From Candidatus Iainarchaeum sp. (lineage in GTDB: Archaea; Iainarchaeota; Iainarchaeia; Iainarchaeales; JAZDEL01), in NCBI GenBank assembly GCA_043808785.1, contig JAZDEL010000010.1:1-32000 (forward strand): 32,000 nt of DNA, read 5' to 3'. The position numbers and the translations under genes were made by a program. Below are positions 15,463 to 23,536 of the stretch, piece after piece. Numbering within the stretch: position 1 is the first letter of the stretch; every line of letters starts with the position of its first letter. Below the pieces are notes generated by a model. The model was not told the DNA's origin. It did not search any database and was given only the letters and a program-made list of their open reading frames with translations.

Positions 15463-16764
15463 ATGAAATCCGCGGATGAAACGGTTTGCATAATCGGTCT
15501 CGGCTATGTCGGCTTGCCGCTTGCATGCCTCTGCGCAGGGCGCGGCCTTGATGTCAGGGGCCTGGAAGTGAGCAGCTCCATTGTCGATAAGGTTAACCGC
15601 GGCACAAGCCACATTGATGACGCGAAACTCAAGCGCGAGGTTGCCGTGCTTAAGGGAAAAATCCGCGCAACTTCGGATGCTGCGGAAGCGATGAAAGGCG
15701 CCGACGCCGTAATCGTCTGCGTCCCCACGCCCGTTGACGCACAGCAGGAACCCGACCTTGCCGCGCTTAAATCCGCGTGCTCCGCAATCGCAAAAAACCT
15801 GAAGAAGGGGCAAATGGTTATAATCGAATCCACAATTTACCCCGGCACGGTCGAGGAAGTGGTTCTGCCGATTCTTGAGCAGGGTTCGGGGCTCAAGGCA
15901 GGAAAGGATTTCGACCTTGCGCACTGCCCGGAACGCATAGACCCTGGGAATGAAAAATGGCCAGTTGAAAAAATACCGAGGGTTGTTGCAGCATTAACGC
16001 CGGAAGGTACAAGGCGTGCAGCAACATTCTACAGGGGCATTTTGGATAAGGGCGTGCCTGTGCTTGAACTCAAATCCCTCAAGGCTGCCGAAGCAGTGAA
16101 GGTAACGGAGAACACTTTCCGCGATATAAACATAGCGTTTGTAAACGAACTTGCCAAATCCTTCGACCAGTTGGGCATAGACATTTCGGAAGTTGTAAGT
16201 GGCGCATCCACAAAGCCCTTCGGCTTCATGCCTTTTTACCCGGGGCCGGGGGTAGGGGGGCACTGCATTCCAGTTGACCCTTACTACCTCATAAAGCGCG
16301 CCCGTGACTCGGGTTTCGAACACAGGTTCCTTTCCCTTGCGCGCGAGATAAATAATTCAATGCCCGATTATGTAGCATCCCTCGCCGAAAAAATGGCCCG
16401 CAATTTGGGCGCAGGCATGAAAGGCATGCGCATCTGCGTCCTCGGAATTTCATATAAGAAAGGAATAGACGACGCGCGAAACAGCCCGGCAATGGAGATT
16501 GCGGAACTGCTTGCAAAGAAGGGCGCGGATGTTGTTTCTTTCGACCCGCACATTCCCTCCAAATCCGCTGCGAAATCTTTGGAGGAAGCATTGAAGGGCT
16601 CAGCAATCGCGGTGCTCGCAACCGACCACAAGGAGTTCATTTCCCCCCTCCCCCCCGCGAGCCTGAAAAAATTAGGGGTGAAGGGCGTAATCGATGCGCG
16701 CAATGCGCTTGACAGGGAAGGCATTATCGCTGCAGGAATATTGTACAAGGGAATAGGGCGTTAG
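15463..16764 (+). CDS. nucleotide-sugar dehydrogenase, UDP-N-acetyl-hexosamine (WecC/Cap5O-like) type, third paralog
   Basis: VCIIGLGYVGLPLACLCA; catalytic-Cys motif GPGVGGHCIPVDPYY; LGISYKKGIDDARNSP. ATG 15463 is preferred over TTG 15439, which lies inside the promoter box. Confidence 0.88.
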   Translation: MKSADETVCIIGLGYVGLPLACLCAGRGLDVRGLEVSSSIVDKVNRGTSHIDDAKLKREVAVLKGKIRATSDAAEAMKGADAVIVCVPTPVDAQQEPDLAALKSACSAIAKNLKKGQMVIIESTIYPGTVEEVVLPILEQGSGLKAGKDFDLAHCPERIDPGNEKWPVEKIPRVVAALTPEGTRRAATFYRGILDKGVPVLELKSLKAAEAVKVTENTFRDINIAFVNELAKSFDQLGIDISEVVSGASTKPFGFMPFYPGPGVGGHCIPVDPYYLIKRARDSGFEHRFLSLAREINNSMPDYVASLAEKMARNLGAGMKGMRICVLGISYKKGIDDARNSPAMEIAELLAKKGADVVSFDPHIPSKSAAKSLEEALKGSAIAVLATDHKEFISPLPPASLKKLGVKGVIDARNALDREGIIAAGILYKGIGR

Positions 16765-16765
16765 C

Positions 16766-17722
16766 ATGCTTAAACAAGCCGAAAAATTGCTCCCCCTTCT
16801 CGGAATTGCGCTTTTTGCCGCGATAATCTGGTTGGTAGGCATTGACAAGATAATTTCCGCAGCGCTTTCGGCAAACCCGACAATGCTCCTTGCAGCGGCG
16901 CTTATACTTATCCCCGTAGCCCTTATCCAGGCATTCAAGTGGCACTACCTTATTGAAAAACAAAAACTCGGCGAGGTTAGTTTTTTCCAAGCGCTCCGCT
17001 GGTATTTCATAGGCTTATTCTACGGCGCGATAACTCCCGCAAAGATCGGCTCGTTCATGCGCATAAGCCTTCTTCAAAAAGCCACAGGCAAGCCGCTCGG
17101 GGCGTGCAGCGCGAGCGTTGTGCTGGATAGGATGCTTGACGTACTTTCAGTCGCCCTTCTGGCGTTTTTCGGCGCGGTTTTTTTCCTGAACGCCATCTCA
17201 GGCTCCGTGTTCCTTGCCTTCGCCCTCCTGCTTGCAGCGCTTATCCTCGCGCTCTGGCTTCTCACATCGCGGGGAAAAGGCGCCGCGCTGCTCTCCGCGC
17301 TTTATGCCAAACTAATTCCTGAAAAACTGAAGCCGCAGGCTTCGGAACTTTTCTCCTCTTTCCGCGCGGGCATGCCGCAGAGGGGCGCGCTTTCATTTGC
17401 ATTCATCCTCTCCTTTATTTCATGGGTGCTTATTTTCACGCAGACCTACATTGTGGCGCTCGCACTCGGCATGGGCTTCGAATACGCATTTTTCATCGCC
17501 GCTGTCGCGGTTTCCAGCATTGTCGCGCTCCTGCCGGTGACGATAAACGGCCTGGGCACAAGCGAGGCCGCCCTTATTGTCCTGCTCTCCCCGTTCAATG
17601 CAGCTCCAAGCGCGATTGTCGCGATGTCCCTTATCTCAGCCCTCCTCCTTACCTACCTCTCCGCTGCGGTAGGCGCGGCATTTGCGCTCACTGCAAAATC
17701 TTTTAAGCCTTTAACAGGATGA
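16766..17722 (+). CDS. integral membrane protein, lysylphosphatidylglycerol-synthase-TM / 'flippase-like' (UPF0104) family candidate
   Basis: About 8 TM segments. The N-terminus KLLPLLGIALFAAIIWLVGIDKI...ALIQAFKWHYL is typical of this family as I recall it. Placed between sugar-modifying genes. Confidence 0.65.
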   Translation: MLKQAEKLLPLLGIALFAAIIWLVGIDKIISAALSANPTMLLAAALILIPVALIQAFKWHYLIEKQKLGEVSFFQALRWYFIGLFYGAITPAKIGSFMRISLLQKATGKPLGACSASVVLDRMLDVLSVALLAFFGAVFFLNAISGSVFLAFALLLAALILALWLLTSRGKGAALLSALYAKLIPEKLKPQASELFSSFRAGMPQRGALSFAFILSFISWVLIFTQTYIVALALGMGFEYAFFIAAVAVSSIVALLPVTINGLGTSEAALIVLLSPFNAAPSAIVAMSLISALLLTYLSAAVGAAFALTAKSFKPLTG

Positions 17723-19077
17723 TTCGTATGATGGGCAGGGATGAAACCGAAATCAGGAATAACATCCGCGAAGAAATTGTGCGGTTCTTCGAGCTAAAGG
17801 AAAGCGCCGCGGACAGGAAATTCGTTCCCGGCAAAACCAAGATACAGTACGCCGGCCCTGTTGTGGGGCAAGAGGAAATCGGCGCATTCGTTTCCTCCCT
17901 GCTCGACGGCTGGTTTGGAGTTGGGAGGCAGGCAGCGGCTTTCGAAAACGCGTTCTCGCGCTATCTCGGCACTTCTTCCTCGGTGCTCACAAACTCTGGC
18001 TCCTCCGCAAACCTTCTTGCAATTGCGGCGCTGCGCTCAAGGCAGGCGGAGAAGCCGCTGAAGGCGGGTGACGAGGTCATAACTCCCGCGTGCACATTCC
18101 CCACAACATTCAACGCGATAATCCAGAACAACCTCAGGCCCGTTCTCCTCGACGCGGAGCTCGGCACTTACAACATAAACCCCGCACACCTCGAAAAGGC
18201 GCTCTCGGAAAAAACCCGCGCAATAATGCTCCCTCACACTTTGGGCAACCCGAACAAAATGGATGCTGTAATGGATTTCGCGGAAGAGCACGGCCTCTTC
18301 GTTATTGAGGACACTGCTGATGCGCTCGGTTCCGAATACAAGGGAAAACTTGCTGGCTCCTTCGGGCATATGGGAACGTTTTCATTTTACGTCGCGCACC
18401 AGATGACAATGGGGGAAGGGGGCGCGATAGCGCTGCGCGACAAATCATTCGAACCCATAGTGCGCTCGCTGCGCGACTGGGGCAGAAACTGCGCCTGCAG
18501 TGTCTGCAGGGTTGCAGTTAGCCCGCAGGACTTCTGCCCTTTCAGGGAAAGCGCGGAAAAGGCCGCCAAAGGCACGCCGCTGGATGGCTACGAAAACCGC
18601 TACCTTTACAGCAACATCGGCTACAACCTCAAGCCGCTTGAGTTTCAGGCTGCGATGGGCATTGTGCAATTGAAGCGCCTGCCCGAGTTCATAAAAAAGC
18701 GCAGGCATAATTTCGAGGTGCTTTATGAGGAGTTCAGTGGGCTTGAGGATTGTTTTGTGCTTCCTGAAGCAACTGAAAACTCAAAGCCCGCGTGGTTCGC
18801 GTTCCCGCTCACGATAAAAGAAGGCGCGGGTTTCGGCAGGGCGGAATTCGTGAAATGGCTTGAGAAATGCCGCATTGAAACCCGCATGCTTTTCGCGGGA
18901 AACATCCTCATGCATCCCGCATATGCGGGCATCGATGTGCGGGTTGCGGAGCCGCTTTCAAACTCCGACACGGTGCTCAAAAACAGCCTGTTTTTGGGCG
19001 TATACCCGGGCATAACCGACGAGATGCTTTCGTACGTTTCCGCGAAGGTCAGGGAGTTCGTTGCCGCGCACAAATAG
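17719..19077 (+). CDS. RfbH/DdhC (E1)-like DegT-family enzyme, paralog 1 (putative PMP-dependent NDP-4-keto-6-deoxyhexose 3-dehydrase)
   Basis: SLLDGWFGVGR; TNSGSSANL; GDEVITPACTFPTT; His replaces Lys in FSFYVAHQMTMGEGG; SLRDWGRNCACSVCRVAVSPQDFC (C-x-C-x2-C-x9-C); PEATENSKPAWFAFPLT; TRMLFAGN. The start is ATG 17719 (an ATGA overlap with the upstream stop) or ATG 17728. Confidence 0.87.
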   Translation: MIRMMGRDETEIRNNIREEIVRFFELKESAADRKFVPGKTKIQYAGPVVGQEEIGAFVSSLLDGWFGVGRQAAAFENAFSRYLGTSSSVLTNSGSSANLLAIAALRSRQAEKPLKAGDEVITPACTFPTTFNAIIQNNLRPVLLDAELGTYNINPAHLEKALSEKTRAIMLPHTLGNPNKMDAVMDFAEEHGLFVIEDTADALGSEYKGKLAGSFGHMGTFSFYVAHQMTMGEGGAIALRDKSFEPIVRSLRDWGRNCACSVCRVAVSPQDFCPFRESAEKAAKGTPLDGYENRYLYSNIGYNLKPLEFQAAMGIVQLKRLPEFIKKRRHNFEVLYEEFSGLEDCFVLPEATENSKPAWFAFPLTIKEGAGFGRAEFVKWLEKCRIETRMLFAGNILMHPAYAGIDVRVAEPLSNSDTVLKNSLFLGVYPGITDEMLSYVSAKVREFVAAHK

Positions 19078-19119
19078 CCCCCGTACTGCGGCAGCCATAG
19101 CCCCCTGCAGGCATCTGCG

Positions 19120-19132
19120 ATTTTTGTACCAA
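19120..19132 (-). promoter_or_regulatory. TTGGTACAAAAAT motif, copy c (minus orientation)
   Basis: The plus strand reads ATTTTTGTACCAA. The flank GGCGGGCTT resembles the flank GGCGGGTTTTCC of copy a. Confidence 0.4.
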
Positions 19133-19163
19133 AAGCCCGCCAAACGCTGGGCAAACTGTCCAC

Positions 19164-19188
19164 TATTAAAAGGTTTTTCCTTTTTAAT
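19164..19188 (+). promoter_or_regulatory. AT-rich palindromic promoter-like element upstream of the SDR gene
   Basis: TATTAAAA (19164-19171) ends 23 nt before ATG 19195. ATTAAAAGG-TTTTT-CCTTTTTAAT forms a near-perfect inverted repeat. Confidence 0.45.
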
Positions 19189-19194
19189 TTCGTT

Positions 19195-20154
19195 ATGCGT
19201 GTCCTGGTTACCGGTGCTGCGGGGCTTTACGGCGTCCACACGGTTGCGGAGCTTGTCTCAAGCGCGAAAACCGGGAAAATTTTCGCGCTCGACGACATGA
19301 GCCGCGGCTTTCTCGGCAGGGAGCCGTTCATACTGCCCGAGGGCTTTGCGGAAAAGGTCCAGATAATGAAGCGCGATTTCCGCACGCTTAAGGCGAAAGA
19401 AATCGATGCAATGAAGCTTGACACCATTATGCATTTTGCCGCGCACGTTTCCATAGACGAAAGCATGGTTAACCCGCGGAAATATTTCGACAACAACGAG
19501 CTCGGCACGTTCAACCTTTGCAGGGAGCTGCTTGCAAGCAAAACAAAGCCGGCGCTTATTTACGCATCATCCCCCGAGGTTTACGGCAACCCTCTGCGCA
19601 CGCCGATGGACGAATTGCACCCTCTTTCCCCGAGGAGCGTTTACGCAGTCACAAAACTCGCTGCTGAAAAGCACTGCCTCTCCATGTTCGAATGGCACAA
19701 TTATCCCGTGAACGTTATAAGGAACTTCAACACATTCGGCGAGAACCAGAACCTCTGGGGCTATTCCGCGGTAATTCCCGCATTCATAAGCCGCGCGCTG
19801 AAAGGGCAGGCACTGCAGGTTTCCGGCAGCGGGGAGCAGACGCGTGATTTCCTGTATGTGAAGGACGCGGCACGCGCTTACAGGATGCTCGCTGAAAAAG
19901 GCGGCTCTATAAAAGGCGAAATATTCAACATAGGCACGGGGAAGCAGACAAGCGTAAAGGCGCTTGCCGAAAAAATAATAAAAATCACGGGTTCTGGTTC
20001 GGAGATTGTTTCCGCGGAGGCGAGGAAGGGCGACCTCAAGGCGCTGGAGGCGGACGTTTCAAAAATTTCCTCTTCCCTCGGATGGAAGCCGAAGTACACG
20101 CTTGAACAGGGCCTGAAGGAAACCGCGGAATGGTACGGAAAATTTGTGAAGTGA
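19195..20154 (+). CDS. NAD-dependent epimerase/dehydratase family protein (extended SDR)
   Basis: VLVTGAAGLYG; HFAAHVSIDES; ASSPEVYG; YAVTKLAAE (YxxxK); GSGEQTRDFLYV; C-terminal TAEWYGKFVK. Confidence 0.85.
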   Translation: MRVLVTGAAGLYGVHTVAELVSSAKTGKIFALDDMSRGFLGREPFILPEGFAEKVQIMKRDFRTLKAKEIDAMKLDTIMHFAAHVSIDESMVNPRKYFDNNELGTFNLCRELLASKTKPALIYASSPEVYGNPLRTPMDELHPLSPRSVYAVTKLAAEKHCLSMFEWHNYPVNVIRNFNTFGENQNLWGYSAVIPAFISRALKGQALQVSGSGEQTRDFLYVKDAARAYRMLAEKGGSIKGEIFNIGTGKQTSVKALAEKIIKITGSGSEIVSAEARKGDLKALEADVSKISSSLGWKPKYTLEQGLKETAEWYGKFVK

Positions 20155-20200
20155 ATGCATGGCATGCGGGGCGGAATGGAAATGGAAATTTGTGAAGTAA
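20125..20200 (+). repeat. echo of the SDR 3' end (20125-20154 versus 20171-20200)
   Basis: GCGGAATGGTACGGAAAATTTGTGAAGTGA versus GCGGAATGGAAATGGAAATTTGTGAAGTAA: 25 of 30 identical, both 10 codons ending in a stop (AEWYGKFVK* and AEWKWKFVK*). The offset is 46 nt, so the copies are out of frame with each other. Confidence 0.75.
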
Positions 20201-20215
20201 TTTTTGGTGTGCATT

Positions 20216-21172
20216 ATGGCTAATGTCCTTGTAACAGGCGGCGCGGGGTTCATAGGGCGCTGGGTTGTGAAAAAATTGCTCGGCGAAAAGCACAGGGTGT
20301 GGGTTCTTGACAACCTCTCCAACGGCAGCGCGGAAAACCTTGCGGAGTTCAAGGGCAATAAAAATTTCGCGGGGCTTGTTCAGGGAAATGTGGAGGATGC
20401 CGCGCTTGTTTCAGGGCTCTTCTCCAAAAACAAATTCGACCTCGTTATCCACCTCGCTGCGCAGATAAACGTTCAGGAAAGCATCGGCAATCCGCGGAAA
20501 AGTTTCGATTCCAACATCCTCGGCACATTTGTCCTGCTCGAGGAGATGAGGAAGCGCAGGTCCTTGCCGAAAATGGCGCTCATAGGCACATGCATGGTTT
20601 ACGACCTCGCCTCAGCAGGCGGGGCAATAAGCGAATCGCATCCCTTGAAGCCGTTGAGCCCTTACGCGGCATCAAAGATCGCCGCAGAGCAGCTTGTCGA
20701 GGCCTACGGAAATTCCTACTCCCTCCCCTACACAATCCTGCGCCCGTTCAATACCTACGGCCCTTTCCAGAAAAGCAATATGGAAGGGGGCGTTGTAAGC
20801 ATCTTCCTGCAGAACGCCCTCAACAAAGAGCCGCTGAAGGTTTTCGGCTCGGGCAAGCAGACGCGCGACCTTCTCTATGTGGAGGACTGCACTGAGTTCA
20901 TAGTGCGCGCGGCATTTGAAAAGCGCGCGGAGGGTAAGGTGATAAATGCGGGCTCTGGGCAGGACATAAGCGTAAATGAACTCGCGAAAATCATCGCCCG
21001 CGGAAAATCCAAAGTCCTGCACGTGAAACACCACCACCCTCAGGCGGAGATAATGAAGCTGCAGTGCGATTATTCCCTTGCGCGGAAACTCCTCGGATGG
21101 AAGCCGAGGCACACGCTTGAGGAAGGCATAAATGAAACTCGCGAGTGGCTCTCGCGCCAGGGGGGAAATTGA
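20216..21172 (+). CDS. NAD-dependent epimerase/dehydratase family protein (extended SDR)
   Basis: [14 protein letters not shown]; VLDNLSNGS; HLAAQINVQES; YAASKIAAE; FGSGKQTRDLLYV. ATG 20216 has GGTG 6 nt upstream. Confidence 0.85.
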   Translation: MANVLVTGGAGFIGRWVVKKLLGEKHRVWVLDNLSNGSAENLAEFKGNKNFAGLVQGNVEDAALVSGLFSKNKFDLVIHLAAQINVQESIGNPRKSFDSNILGTFVLLEEMRKRRSLPKMALIGTCMVYDLASAGGAISESHPLKPLSPYAASKIAAEQLVEAYGNSYSLPYTILRPFNTYGPFQKSNMEGGVVSIFLQNALNKEPLKVFGSGKQTRDLLYVEDCTEFIVRAAFEKRAEGKVINAGSGQDISVNELAKIIARGKSKVLHVKHHHPQAEIMKLQCDYSLARKLLGWKPRHTLEEGINETREWLSRQGGN

Positions 21173-21173
21173 T

Positions 21174-22535
21174 ATGGCTTCGGGCAAGGGTGTGCTGTCA
21201 GGCAAGGGGGGAACTGGCGAGGCTTCCGCAAAGGAGCAGCAGATTTTCAGGCTTGTGGAAGAACTGATGAAGGAAAATGAAGAATCGAAAAAATTTATCC
21301 CTGGGCAGTCAAAGGTCCACTACTCGGGCCCGTTGTTCGGCCACCGCGAGGTTAACGCAATACTCTCCAGCCTCTTCGACGGCTGGCTTGCGGAGGGGAA
21401 GAATACGGTCGAGTTCGAGAGGCGCTTTTCGCAGTTCGTCGGGGCAAAGGATGCCGTGGTGACAAACTCAGGCTCTTCCGCCCTGCTGCTTTCCTTTGCA
21501 GCGCTTATGAACCGCGGGGTCGAGAACCCGCTGAAGCAGGGCGATGAAGTAATAACCTCCGCGCTCACATTCCCCACAACCCTGAATGCAGCGCTGCTTA
21601 ACGGCCTTTCACTCGCTTTTGTCGACGTTGACAGGCAGAGCTACAATATGGGCCTTGCGCAGCTCGAGCGCACGGTTACAAAGAAAACCCGCGCAATCCT
21701 CGCAATGCATCACCTCGGAAACCCTATAGAGATGGATGCGCTTATGGAGATTGCGGAAAGGCATGACCTTGCGGTTGTCGAGGACTGCTGCGATGCGCAC
21801 GGCTCTTCATACAAGGGAAAAAAGCTCGGCTCATGGGGCGAGTTAGGGGCGTTTTCATTTTACGGCGCGCACGCAATGACAATGGGTGAAGGGGGAATAA
21901 TCACGACAAGCAACGAGGCGCTTGTGCCGCTTCTGCTTTCGCTGAAAACCTGCGGCAGGGCCTGCGTTTGCAGGGTATGCACGATTGCAATGAACTCCGA
22001 AACCCGCTGCCCGATAAGGTTCAAGGCGGGGATGAAGGGCTTCGAGGAATACGACAAGCGCACGCTTTACCCGAACGTAGGCTATAAGCTCAAGACTTTG
22101 GACCTGCAGGCCGCCATGGGCCTCGTGCAATTGGAGCGCCTGCCGCAGTTCGTAAAGTCGCGCAAGAGGAATTTCGATTTCATTGTTTCCTCTCTGCGCC
22201 CGTTTGAAAAATTCCTGCAGCTTCCCGAGGAAACAAAAAATTCCGAAGCCTGCTGGTTTGCGGTGCCCCTTACGATAAAGGAGGGCGCACCCTTCTCGCG
22301 CAGGGATATTGTTGACTTCCTCGAGAAAAAGAACATAGAAACAAGGCCGCTGCTCGGCGGCAACATACTTAAGCAGCCCGCTTACAATGGGATGAAGTTC
22401 CGTTCAACGCCCCTGCCAAACACCGATTATTTCCACGACAATTCATTCTATATCGGCTGCCACCCCGGATTGACGCATGAGATGCTGGATTACATTGCCT
22501 GCAGTTTCGGGGAATTTTTCAAGAGGCCGAAGTAA
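21174..22535 (+). CDS. RfbH/DdhC (E1)-like DegT-family enzyme, paralog 2
   Basis: Collinear with paralog 1: SLFDGWLAEGK; TNSGSSALL; GDEVITSALTFPTT; VEDCCDAHGS; His in FSFYGAHAMTMGEGG; CGRACVCRVCTIAMNSETRC (C-x3-C-x-C-x2-C-x9-C); PEETKNSEACWFAVPLT. ATG 21174 lies directly after the upstream stop. Confidence 0.87.
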   Translation: MASGKGVLSGKGGTGEASAKEQQIFRLVEELMKENEESKKFIPGQSKVHYSGPLFGHREVNAILSSLFDGWLAEGKNTVEFERRFSQFVGAKDAVVTNSGSSALLLSFAALMNRGVENPLKQGDEVITSALTFPTTLNAALLNGLSLAFVDVDRQSYNMGLAQLERTVTKKTRAILAMHHLGNPIEMDALMEIAERHDLAVVEDCCDAHGSSYKGKKLGSWGELGAFSFYGAHAMTMGEGGIITTSNEALVPLLLSLKTCGRACVCRVCTIAMNSETRCPIRFKAGMKGFEEYDKRTLYPNVGYKLKTLDLQAAMGLVQLERLPQFVKSRKRNFDFIVSSLRPFEKFLQLPEETKNSEACWFAVPLTIKEGAPFSRRDIVDFLEKKNIETRPLLGGNILKQPAYNGMKFRSTPLPNTDYFHDNSFYIGCHPGLTHEMLDYIACSFGEFFKRPK

Positions 22536-22567
22536 CTTGGCATGCGTGTTCAGGGGGTGGATGTAAC

Positions 22568-23500
22568 TTGCCGCGCGAAAAAGTTTTCATAACAGGCGCC
22601 TCCGGCCTCCTCGGCGCGGCGTGCTGCCTCGAACTGCGGAACAGGTTTGATGTTACTGGCAGTTACCATTCTCACGGGGTAGGGATGGATGGCGTCGAAA
22701 CAGTGATGCTTGACTTCGGCAATTCCGCGGATGTAATTAAAAAAATAAAATCCGCAAAGCCGCAATGGGTTATCCACACAGCGGCAATGACTAATGTCGA
22801 CCTCTGCGAAACCGAGCGCGCGCGTGCTTACGAGGCGAACGTAACCGGGGCAAAAAACATCGCGCTCGCGGCAAAGGAATGCGGCGCAATGCTCATCCAC
22901 ATGTCCACAGATTACGTTTTCGACGGAAAAAAGGGGAATTATTCCGAAACAGACGCGCTAGGGCCCGTTAGCTATTACTGCGAGACAAAGGTGCTGGGGG
23001 AGCAAGAGGTTGCAAATGCGTATCCCGATGCCGCAATAGTGCGGGCAACAATCTTCGGCTGGAATATTGTCGGCGGGCAGTTCAACATAGGCTCGCGCAT
23101 TGTAAGCGAACTGCGCGCGGGAAGGAAACCCGCGCTCTTCACCGACCAGTGCAACTCGACAATACTCGTGAACGACCTTGCGGAACTATTTTCGGAGATG
23201 CACGCGAAGCGCCTTTCCGGCGTGTACCATGCCGGCACGCAGGGCAAAACAAGCAAGTATGCTTTGGGCCTTGAGATATGCAGGGCGTTCGGCTTCGATA
23301 AGTCGATGCTGCGGGAGGCAAGGCTTTCCGAGTTCGAGAAGAGGGGCGTGCTCAAGGCGAAAAGGCCGCGCGACACATCGCTATCGTCAAAAAAGCTCGA
23401 GAAAGCCCTCGGAAGGAAGATGCCCGAAATACGCGGCTGCGTGGAAAGGTTCAAGAATCTGGGGGGCAATAATTATCTGGGCAACTTTGCCCTGAAATGA
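22568..23500 (+). CDS. RmlD-like NDP-4-dehydro-6-deoxyhexose reductase (dTDP-4-dehydrorhamnose reductase family)
   Basis: KVFITGASGLLG; HTAAMTNVDLCE; MSTDYVFDGKKGNYSE; YYCETK (YxxxK). The start is TTG, with GGTGGA 6 nt upstream. Confidence 0.8.
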   Translation: MPREKVFITGASGLLGAACCLELRNRFDVTGSYHSHGVGMDGVETVMLDFGNSADVIKKIKSAKPQWVIHTAAMTNVDLCETERARAYEANVTGAKNIALAAKECGAMLIHMSTDYVFDGKKGNYSETDALGPVSYYCETKVLGEQEVANAYPDAAIVRATIFGWNIVGGQFNIGSRIVSELRAGRKPALFTDQCNSTILVNDLAELFSEMHAKRLSGVYHAGTQGKTSKYALGLEICRAFGFDKSMLREARLSEFEKRGVLKAKRPRDTSLSSKKLEKALGRKMPEIRGCVERFKNLGGNNYLGNFALK

Positions 23501-23536
23501 GGCCGCGGGAATGAGAAATGAAGTGAGGATGCAGGC

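Noticed and set aside
15447-15479. ATG at 15447, immediately after promoter box 3
   Set aside because: It opens only a 10-codon ORF out of frame with the dehydrogenase. ATG 15463 gives the canonical MKSADETVCIIGLGYVG N-terminus.
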